Below are positions 1 to 9,861 of a DNA stretch of 64,000 nt, one piece after another. The notes below the pieces were generated by a model that was not told where the DNA came from, made no database searches, and worked only from the letters and a program-made list of their open reading frames with translations. The stretch's first letter is position 1. Every line of letters begins with the position of its first letter. Made by a program: the position numbers and the translations under genes. This stretch comes from Massalongia carnosa (taxonomy: Eukaryota): assembly GCA_965645245.1 (NCBI GenBank), contig OZ287073.1, forward strand, positions 2,356,001 to 2,420,000. The letters run 5' to 3'.

Positions 1-2844
1 ACCAATAAAAGAGGCAAAGCGACAGAGCGAAAAACCTCACTTCTGGCTCTGGTCTCCATCGATATTTGCGGTCCTTTGCCTGCCTCTCGAGAAGGATACA
101 CATACTTTTTGGAAATTGTGGACAACTATTCTAGAAAGATATGGTCCATTCCACTCAAAAGGCGAGACGAAGCACCAGGTGAATTGCGAAATTGGAGAAT
201 AAAAGTCGAATTACAAAGTGCACAAAGTCTATTGGCTGTACGGAGTGACAATGCCACCGAGCTGAAGGCTACTCTTGATGAATGGTGCTCCTCAATCGGT
301 ATTATTCCGCAATACACCGTTCCTCATATGTCTATTCAGAACGGAGTCGCCGAGCGAGCAATTCGTACCACCGAGAACTCGGTGCGAGCCATGATAAAGG
401 ACGCAGAACTCCCAATCGAATTCTGGAAGGAAGCCATGGAAACTGATGCATATCTTCGGAATCGCACGGGATGCGGACCGATCATCGACGGCTATGCTAG
501 CACACCGGAAGAAGCCTTCACGGGCGTCAAGCCATCCATTGATCACATTAGGGTATGGGGATGCAAATGCTATTCGTACGTCGATCCCAAATCGCTACCC
601 GCGGGGGACAGAAGAGACAAGTTCATGGACAGAGGCAGAATCGGAGTCTTTATGGGATATGTAGAAGAGACCACTAAACAGTATCGTCTCTGGGCACCCA
701 ACATGGGAAAAATCATCAGAAGCCATGTCGTAAAATTTGATGAAAATTTAAAAGGTGGCAGCGTTGATTTAAACTTGCGGAAGCAGACACCCAACGTGCT
801 AGCAGAAAGACGGCCAGTAGGAAGATCACAAAAGACAAAAGAAACGAAAATCAGCGAACCCGCCAAATTAGTAGAAAGATTTTCGCATGTGGAGGTTCCT
901 AGTCAACAGAATCAAACTCATGACCAACCAAACCCGAAAGATGATGTCACTCAAAACGTACCACCAATCCCAACTTCCGAAGAGTCGCCCATAGCGAATG
1001 ATTCAATCCCAGCCGCAGCTGTGCCTAAGGCTAGCACTAGCATATTCTCTCATGTTGCAATCCCGAAGCGAAAGCGATCTGATGAAGACTCAGTTCCCGA
1101 AGAACCGGCTTTCAAAATACCACGCGCTTTTCTAGCGCTGTTCGCCGACGATAATAACGAGGATGAAGATGGCTATCTCAAATTCGAATCTGCCCTATCG
1201 GCTGGTGCTTCTTCATTTGAAAGAAACATACCCGAGCCTAAGTCTTACAAGGAAGCAGTAAATGATCCGATGTGGGGGGAACTATGGAAAGAAGCAGTGA
1301 ACACCGAGATCAAGGCGCTCATCGGTAATAAGACTTGGAAAGAAGTTGTTCCACCTCCCAAAACGAACATCGTCACCTGCAAATGGGTGTTTAAAGTAAA
1401 AAACAACCTCGATGGCTCATTGGAGTAGTTTAAAGCAAGATTAGTCGCCCGTGGGTTTACTCAAAAATACGGCATCGACTATGAGGACACTTTCGCCCCC
1501 ACGGTAAGATCAGATATCCTACGTGCAGTGCTTGCCATAGTAGCGATGGAAAACCTGGAATGTCATCAAGTGGACGTGAATAACGCATTTACCCAATCAA
1601 CCTTGAAAGATGTCATTTACATGACCGCACCGGAAGGAGTAAACGTTGCCCCTGGTAGAGTTCTTCAGATTCTGCAAAGTCTGTACGGTTTAAAGCAGTC
1701 CGCCAGAGAATGGAATAGCCGCTGTACAAATGAGCTGACCAAACTAGGCTTCATTCAATGCTCATCTGACCCATGCCTATTCACTCATCCTAAAAAGGGA
1801 ATCATCATATTCATGCACGTAGATGACCTGGTGATCGCCTCCAAAATGATGAAAGAGATCGATTGGTTCAAGAAAGAGTTCAATGCTGCCGTTAGCATCA
1901 AGGACCTAGGAGAAGTGTCGAAGGTTCTGGGCATACGAGTAACCAGAGATCGGAAAAATCGAACTCTTCGAATGGACCAGACGCATTATCTCAAAGATGT
2001 GATGGAGAGAACACATATGAGCGCTGACAAACATAGGCCTACCGAAATTCCAATGAACGGCTATGATTCATTGCGACCGGCTGGAAAAGATGATAAGCGC
2101 ATAGATCAAAGAGAATATCAGCAAATTGTTGGAAGCCTGATGTACGCGGCAATTCATACGCGGCCAGATATAGCTTTTGCTCTTGGAAGGCTAAGCCAAT
2201 ATCTCAGTGATCCAGCTGCTCATCACGGTCATGCACTAAAGACGCTGCTTAGATACGTTCGGTCCACCATTGACATCGGTATACTGTATGGGGCTGGGGG
2301 GAATCATGGCCAAGGCCTCATTGGGTATTCCGACTCAGACTACGCAGCTGATAGGCTCGAAAGAAAATCGATCTTGGGATACGTGTACATGCTAGGGGGA
2401 GGGCCTATATCGTGGATGAGCAGAAAGCAAAAGTCGGTTGCTACGTCTACAACGGAGGCAGAATACATGGCCTTATCAACTTGTGCTAAGGAGGGTTTAT
2501 GGCTCGTTCAGCTGATGAAAGACATAGGCTTCGAGAAATATTTCAGTCATAACGTCAATATTCGTGAGAACTTGACGCATCAAGCTGACTCCCCGATGCG
2601 GTTAAAAGGAGATAATCAAACCGCTATCCAACTGGCAAAAGATGCTCACATTCATGATAGATCTAAGCATATCGACGTTGCCTATCATCACATTCGGGAC
2701 CTGCACAAGCGAAATCGAATTCAGGTCGAGTACATACCCAGCGGAGAGATGATTGCCGACGGCCTAACCAAGCCTCTAAATAAGCCCATCTTCAATCGGT
2801 TCATTAGTCAATTGGGACTGCAAAAAATGGAAAGAGTAAGGTAG
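1..2844 (+). pseudogene. Ty1/copia pol (integrase-RT-RNase H), runs off the left edge, one in-frame stop
   Basis: The frame is open from base 1 (SIDICGP...VRSDNATE...QNGVAER integrase core). WVFKVK..LE*FKARLVARG contains a TAG at 1426-1428 and the same frame continues through SLYGLKQS, HVDD (YVDD variant), SDSDYA, TEAEY, KHIDV and ADGLTK. Confidence 0.93.
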
Positions 2845-2863
2845 TATCGCACCGCAGGGGGAC

Positions 2864-3053
2864 TGTTGAATGGCGGTTGCGATTATGATTATAATGGCTT
2901 GTTGGGCTCACTGCGTGGATAGCGGGTAGTCTAATCTTCTCTAGGAAGGTTTTAGGTTTAGCGTGCTTTGTCCTTCGGTGAAAAGTTTGCTCTTTTCCTT
3001 TCAGATAGCTATATAGTCAATGCGATTACCTGCAACCAGAGTCTCCTTTTAAC
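2864..3053 (+). repeat. 3' LTR of the copia element at 1-2844 (right end approximate)
   Basis: Polypurine tract AGGGGGA just after the ORF stop, followed by TGTTGAA at 2864. No partner LTR in the window to fix the right end. Confidence 0.55.
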
Positions 3054-3171
3054 TAGTTTAAAGAATTAAAACAATTCAAGATTCATGCGACGAAAATCGA
3101 AAATTTACTGACGAAACAATTTCGAAATAAATATCTCACAAACGGCATATATTATAATAAATCAATCAAAA

Positions 3172-4038
3172 TGTGACGAAGCGAGATAGTGAATAGATTT
3201 CTACCATTGCGCCACCTGTCCTTCCCGACCAAAAGGCACAATACTTAGTCCGCAGACCAAGCTCTATTCTACTATAACTGGGTCTCCTGCTATGTTTGCT
3301 GTAGGTCCTGCCGTCCGCACCACGCTTGGTCGAACCGTTACACTACCGCCCGTCTAGCTGCGGCTAGCCCCTAGCCGCTTCCAGTTATAGTTAGCCCCGA
3401 AGAATGGGCTCTTCTTAGCGTACCGCCCTCGCCGATCCGACTTAGAGAGTTTTCATCCAACGCTTTCCCGTTTCGTCCTAGCTTCAGTCCGTCGAAGCAA
3501 GGCGAAAAAGCGAGGAACTCAGGTCAGGAATCGAACTCACGACTAGTACACCGATTGATGACTAAGTATTCTGTGACGAAGCGAGATAGTGAATAGATTT
3601 CTACCATTGCGCCACCTGTCCTTCCCGACCAAAAGGCAGAATACTTAGTCATCAATCGGTGTACTAGTCGTGAGTTCGATTCCTGACCTGAGTTCCTCGC
3701 TTTTTCGCCTTGCTTCGACGGACTGAAGCTAGGACGAAACGGGAAAGCGTTGGATGAAAACTCTCTAAGTCGGATCGGCGAGGGCGGTACGCTAAGAAGA
3801 GCCCATTCTTCGGGGCTAACTATAACTGGAAGCGGCTAGGGGCTAGCCGCAGCTAGACGGGCGGTAGTGTAACGGTTCGACCAAGCGTGGTGCGGACGGC
3901 AGGACCTACAGCAAACATAGCAGGAGACCCAGTTATAGTAGAATAGAGCTTGGTCTGCGGACTAAGTATTGTGCCTTTTGGTCGGGAAGGACAGGTGGCG
4001 CAATGGTAGAAATCTATTCACTATCTCGCTTCGTCACA
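3172..4038. mobile_element. 867-bp foldback (palindromic) insertion: X-core-X-revcomp(core)-revcomp(X)
   Basis: 3172-3571 is the exact reverse complement of 3639-4038. The 67-bp spacer 3572-3638 is a direct copy of 3172-3238. Ends are TG...CA, flanked by CAAAA at 3167-3171 and 4039-4043. Confidence 0.85.
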
Positions 4039-5045
4039 CAAAAAGGGACGAACGATTTCATAAATCTCGATAACTTAAATTGAGAAAAAGTTCTTCCTAT
4101 GCAGACAAGGACACAAAAAAATTAATTGTTCAAAAATCAACAGTTGGACGCATTCGAAATAAAATATCAGAAAAAACAAAACGATTTTAAAATAGAAAAT
4201 GAACGTTGTCACAAGAAAATCTAAAAGAAGACTTCGATCAAATATCATGTGAACAAAAATCAATACAAGTTCACCTTACATACTTAGAAAACTCATATGA
4301 GAACGACTTGTCAAACAATCTCGACGAGCTTTTGCGAAAAAAAAACATGCTGAAGTAGTGTAGTCGTGCGTGCTAATGGAAGGTAGTGGTATGTGATTAT
4401 AGATGGCGAACTGAGCAGTGAACACACACACACACAAACGTCTGAATGGACCTACGACTGCATAGACATGAAAAGAACTCGACGACTGAACGACTGAACG
4501 ACTAGTTAATGCACGAAATGAACATGTGTCGATGACTACGTGACACGACGACGATGATGACAGCGTAAGTGATAGAAGATGATGTCCGGAGATGATGAAG
4601 AAAACGCCAGCAAAAAACCCGTTTTATCTCCACATAGGCCTGCCGTGTCACCTGACTATAGATGACACGTGTCGCCCTACCACAATGCGACGTTAAACTG
4701 AACGAAATTCTACGAAGACAAATGTTTGATTCATTTCAGCGACAAACAGGAATCAAAATACAACTTCAAAAGTCGAGAAAGAGCAGAAAACGAGTTAATA
4801 CGTCGTGGCTAGACTCGCTAGAAAGAAAATAAATAGAAAAACCAAATCTCTCGTAACGAATATCTTGTCAATAATTGTAACAATGACAACGATCGAGCAT
4901 AAGAGAATATCGGCGATAATAGGAGTCGGAAAAAAAAGTAGCATTATGATTAGTCAACTCGCATACGTAGAAATTATCCGACAAATATTACCGCTTAACA
5001 GAAATCGAGAACAGGAATCCATAGCAAACCAGTCTTTCGAAATAA

Positions 5046-5655
5046 TGTAATACTGATGGCGCTAGAAGGATACGTGATCGCCTACGGCGGTTGCGGGATT
5101 AACTAGCATGAGCCAGGCCGTAGTACTTAGACGCACAGCCGTCGAGGTTGACACGACGCCACCTTGCTATACAACCCCGAATCCTACGTTCTTATAAGAG
5201 GGACAGTAGACACTAGTCCTTATGGGTTATAATGCTCAGTGTGACTGCTAATAGATTGGTAGGTGCTAAAGCTAAAAGCTGATTCCCTGAAGATGGGAAT
5301 CGAGCTTTCTATATACCCCTTGGGGTCCTATTTACTAACTACTTGTCTGGTTACCTGTCTGCCTTGTTGCCTTCAGCTGAGGTCTAGTAGATAGCCTTGC
5401 TGCCTTCAGCTGAGGTCTAGCAGATAACCTTGTTGCCTTCAGCTGAGGTCTCCTAGGCGTCCCAGGCCTCCCATGAGATCGAGGCTTATCTGAATAGCTT
5501 CAGTTGCTGCCTAACAAACTGGTAAGGCTGATTGCTGATGGCTTAGTATTGCTATCCGCCTTATCATGACTAAGCATCCGGATTATCAGTCACCCGGTCT
5601 TCTTGGGTGAGTCATCCCAGGAGCTAGCGCAGTCCTGTATTGCCGAGCTATTACA
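5046..5655. repeat. LTR-like segment with an internal 33-bp tandem repeat
   Basis: Inverted ends TGTAATA...TATTACA; about 2.7 copies of GCCTTGTTGCCTTCAGCTGAGGTCTAGTAGATA at 5361-5451; TA-rich; no matching TSD. Confidence 0.45.
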
Positions 5656-6312
5656 GTTCTAGACTGCTTACAGATCAAACACCTGTCGAGGCCGTGGTGG
5701 TAGATTGCCATGGAGTAAGGCGAACTCCTGTGGAGAAGCCGTGAACTCTATATGGGATCTGCTGGCCTACTCGGAGCTACTCGATCTCTTGATGGATCAA
5801 GAGTTGTAGCAGGAGGCACGGCTAGCTGGACGCAGCTTGAGCTCGGCCTCCCCGGTGTAAACTTCAGCTTCCACCTTTATTGCTACGTTGGTAGTGATGT
5901 CGGCTGAATCAACCTACATGACCTTGTGGTCTAGACCTTGTGTCTAGAGGCAGGTCCGCAGTGTAGATAGAGATTCAGTCGGAGGTAACCTTCCATCGCT
6001 ACGTTGGTAGTGGTGACGGCGAAATGAAGCTACATAGCCTCGGCGTCTAGCCTTTATGTTTAGAGGCAGGCTAGTAATGTATTGAGGGATCTAGCCGGAG
6101 GTAGAAGTGTTCTACCTTGCAAGGCAAGATCTAGAAGGCTGCTCGAGGCTGACTAGATGATCCAGCGAACGCTAAGTTCGTAGATGGATCCTGAGAGATG
6201 GTTGGATGTAAGGCGATAAGGTCAGATGTGGGTTGCAAGGCTCCTAAGGTTCCAAGGCTCCCAAGGCTATAGGCTTGGGATGAGTAGGATAAATACCAGA
6301 ACGAATCCTGTA

Positions 6313-8218
6313 TTCGTGCCCCACACTTTCGCTCGGTCGACTCGTATAGTGCTAGCCAGCCATACAGCCAGGACCAGCCATACAGCCAAAAATCAACTAT
6401 CCTACATACATCGAGGTTTTTTTCAGCAATTCCTTCATGATCATCATCCATCTTTTGTGACTATTCATGCTTCTAGTCATAAGCATCTTTCTATGCGCTT
6501 TTGACTGCCTAACCACTTTGGTAAGAGCCGTACAATAACGCTTTTCCCATGCGACGTTTCGCTCTTTCTCCCTTATCTCCTCCTGCTCCTCCCTACCACG
6601 AACCATTGAACGGGCCTCACCAACAGTAAGTACACCTCCGTGATGAAGAATCTTATTGGCCTCTCGTTTACGAGCTTTCCGAGCAGTTTGGGCCTTGATT
6701 TGTTGTTCCCAGCGTTGTTCCAGAAGATCGCCTTTTCGAACCTCGGCAACAGCTCCCTTTACAAATTTGCTAACAATTTGTACGAGGTCATCCGAGCAAG
6801 CTGAATGCGTCATGATTTCTGTGGCTACTGTGGCCAACTGTTGCACGGTTCGAGGGGTTTCTTGTACAGATAGGGGGGCTGTATGAGACGGAGTTGACTC
6901 ACGAGGAGGGGGAGGAAGAAGTTCTCGAACTTTGTCGAGAACAATGCCTGGATTGAACGGAATCAAGCCTGTTTTTCTCCAAGCAGACTGTATGGTGGAA
7001 GGTTTAAAAGCCAGCGATCGAAACTTGCTAAATGCATTCAGAAATTCGACTTTGGAAAAGGTTTGATCTCCATTCTGAATTGCTTCATTGACGGCCTCCG
7101 AATGCCAGTGTTTCAGAGGTTGAAAAACACACACATCCAATAGTTGTAAGAGATGTGTGGTGTGAGATGGTAATCCGAATGGAATGATGTTTTTCGTTTC
7201 ACAATATTCTAGAAATTCTCGAGTATGATGAGATCCATAACCGTCCATTATCAAAAGTCTCCAAGCCCCCTCTCTTATTTTTTCAGTGTGTTTGTCGAAA
7301 TGCTTGATCCATTGCAAACTCAACCAGTCATTTGTACAGCCTAATTCAGCTGTAGAAATGACTACATCATTGCTCAGATCGTTTTTGACCCAGGGAGCGA
7401 GGATGTTGATGCCAGACACAATTAAAAAAGGGGGAATGTCCTGACCAGCCCCGTTGATACACTCCACCGCTGTCAGCGATTCTCGATTTGATGGATCGGA
7501 ACTGTATGATTGTCGAGAAGAATCTGCTGTGATTATCCAATCACTTCGTGCCATACCAATACGAAACCCAGTTTCATCAAAATTCCACTGATCCTTCGGA
7601 TTTATTCCATACTTGTTCACTACTTCTTGATATTTTTCAAAATGCCCCATCAATAACTCCAAATCATGCGCATTTTTGCGCTCAGCAGCGAGAGGCTTAC
7701 GTTTAACCTTGTAAAGATCTGACTGACGTTTTAGCCATCTTTTGATCCAATGCGAGCCGAGAGGAGGAGGAGGCGTCGAATCGGAAGCCGTTTGACGAAG
7801 AATGGAGTATACAGCCACTTCCACCATATGCAGACGAGCCGGAATGTCCAAAGAATCCAGTTTCAAAAGATATAGACGTAGGGCCAACTCCTGATCGGGT
7901 TTTAGACGTCTATTATGCAGTCCTCGTACTTTCGTTTTAGATGACACCCCTTTGACCCGAGAACGAAGTCTTCCTCTAGGTACATTAAATTCTCGCGCAA
8001 TTGCACTGAGTTTGGCGTTTTTGCGTGAGTTTAAGGCGTCAATGGCCTTTGCAATACGATTTTCAATTATAGTATAAGATTCAGGCATGATGGTGGTGGA
8101 TAATGAATTTTTCAAAGCTGGTGGGTAGAAATTTGAAGATTTTGGCTGTATGGCTGGTCCTGGCTGTATGGCTGGCTAGCACTAAGCGAGTCGACCGAGC
8201 GAAAGTGTGGGGCACGAA
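6313..8218 (-). mobile_element. pogo/Fot1-family (Tc1/mariner superfamily) DNA transposon
   Basis: About 80-bp TIRs (TTCGTGCCCCACACTTTCGCTCGGTCGACTCG... with internal CAGCCATACAGCCA repeats), TA on both sides (6311-6312, 8219-8220), and a transposase ORF inside. Confidence 0.93.
6397..8088 (-). CDS. pogo/Fot1 DDE transposase (HTH + CENP-B HTH + DDE_1)
   Basis: Uninterrupted ORF from ATG 8088: AIAREFNVPRGRL HTH, NFDETGF, LIMDGYGSH, HLLQLLDVCVF (usual motifs are DGHGSH and QPLD). Confidence 0.9.
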   Translation of the reverse strand: MPESYTIIENRIAKAIDALNSRKNAKLSAIAREFNVPRGRLRSRVKGVSSKTKVRGLHNRRLKPDQELALRLYLLKLDSLDIPARLHMVEVAVYSILRQTASDSTPPPPLGSHWIKRWLKRQSDLYKVKRKPLAAERKNAHDLELLMGHFEKYQEVVNKYGINPKDQWNFDETGFRIGMARSDWIITADSSRQSYSSDPSNRESLTAVECINGAGQDIPPFLIVSGINILAPWVKNDLSNDVVISTAELGCTNDWLSLQWIKHFDKHTEKIREGAWRLLIMDGYGSHHTREFLEYCETKNIIPFGLPSHTTHLLQLLDVCVFQPLKHWHSEAVNEAIQNGDQTFSKVEFLNAFSKFRSLAFKPSTIQSAWRKTGLIPFNPGIVLDKVRELLPPPPRESTPSHTAPLSVQETPRTVQQLATVATEIMTHSACSDDLVQIVSKFVKGAVAEVRKGDLLEQRWEQQIKAQTARKARKREANKILHHGGVLTVGEARSMVRGREEQEEIREKERNVAWEKRYCTALTKVVRQSKAHRKMLMTRSMNSHKRWMMIMKELLKKTSMYVG

Positions 8219-9116
8219 TAGTATTCGTTAGCAATTAGTCTTTATTCTATGAACAACCTACATTTGGGTCTCGGACGAGATATCTTAGTCTAAGCACTTC
8301 CACATCCATTAGTTCTTTGGATCACGTATAGTCTCGGAGACCAGCACGTAGTAGCTATCTTCCACCTCTCACGCTGAGCATTTCCCCTTTCGAGATCAGT
8401 GTCGCTCGTGATTAGCTTACTGGTCTCGTAGCCCATTACAACTGAAGGCAGCGGAAGAATGTCTGAACACATGTGGTGAGGTTTCAGGATAGTTTGGAAT
8501 AATAGGCCACGGTTCTATTCAACATGCAGGGCAGTTTCACTGCAAGAGAGCCTGTTAAATACTAACCCGATCAGGAAGCGTGGGAGGATGCGAGGTAATT
8601 CCATGACAAATAGTGTCATGGCGATAGTATAATGCCAGGGACTTGGGGGAAATTGGATCAACGGCTGGATTGGGACTAGTTCCGTTCGCCAGAGTCTTAT
8701 ACTTGCCCACGTTGGATTATTTGTTTCTTTTCTCCTTGTCGAACGTCTTGTCCACCTAGCTAGACAATTAAGTAATACGTTTGCACAATCTGAATTTCTA
8801 CCTGACCTCGCACCGTGACATAAGTAACGCGATTGTTTCAATCGATGAAACAATTAAAAACTTTCTTCAATTTCTGCAGCATTTCGAATACTGTTTGATC
8901 GTCGTGTATTATTCATTTCTTCAATTGTCGAAGGTTTTCAATCATCAAAGAATTCGTTATCTTCATTTCATCATTTGTTTCTTGAATTGTTGAGATAATC
9001 GATTTTCGTCGAAGTGAGAATTCAGTCTCGATATCTGTAAATCGTGTCATCGCTGTAGAAAAAGCGTTCTTCGATGTCTGATTTTAGTTTTTAATGACTG
9101 ATGTCAATATTGTGAC

Positions 9117-9544
9117 TACGACGCGCAATAGGTCGGGTTGGGTCGGGTTTTGACTTGTCGAACCCGACCCGCTACCGTATTGGGGAACCTGTAGGGCTCA
9201 ACCCGGTGAGTCGGGGAACCGTTCTTGGGTTAACCCGTTTGACCCGTTCGACCCGGTAGATTTTTTATATCAATTTTAAACGTGTTTTTAAGACGTTTTA
9301 AACACATTTGAAAATTTTGAAAATTCTGAAAATTAATCATCAAGAAATGATGATTAGTAAGCAAAATTTTTATCACTTTAAACGTCATATTTTCGTCAAA
9401 TTTTCATATTTAATTTGCAGAAAAAACAGACCGGGTTAAGCGGTTTAACCCGGAAACCCGCATAAAAAACCCTAACTCGTCGGGTCGGATTCGAGGGAGT
9501 CAATCCCGACCCGAATACCCGACCCAAACCCGTTGCGCGGCGTA
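9117..9544. mobile_element. Non-autonomous TIR element (hAT-like MITE)
   Basis: Termini TACGACGCGCAA / TTGCGCGGCGTA, clustered CGGG/ACCCG subterminal motifs, AT-rich core, 8-bp TSD ATTGTGAC (9109-9116) / ATTGTGAT (9545-9552). Confidence 0.8.
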
Positions 9545-9861
9545 ATTGTGATGTTCTTTAATTCTGATTTTGATTCTTCTGATTCTTCTGATTCTTACGA
9601 TGAATTCTTTTTTATTTTTCCCGTAGAATAACAGAATAAAATGAATAACCTTGTTTGTAATATTATGATTTATCTAAAACTAATCTATAGAAACAATAGA
9701 AACGAATACAAACAAAATGAATAGAAAAAACACAATCGATCCCCGATGTCGTTTCTATATATCTTGTACTGCACTAGCCCTCATGTGACATAGTCGGTGG
9801 ATTCTTCTCGTGACTGCAGAAACAAAATCGAAGGTGCGGGAATGGACGGGCGGCGCCGAAT

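Noticed and set aside
1426..1428. Programmed stop read-through in copia pol
   Set aside because: The stop lies inside the conserved start of RT and the catalytic motif is also altered (HVDD), so simple inactivation is more likely.
3515..3640. Functional tRNA gene
   Set aside because: D, T and anticodon stems do not pair adequately; kept only as a promoter-like relic.
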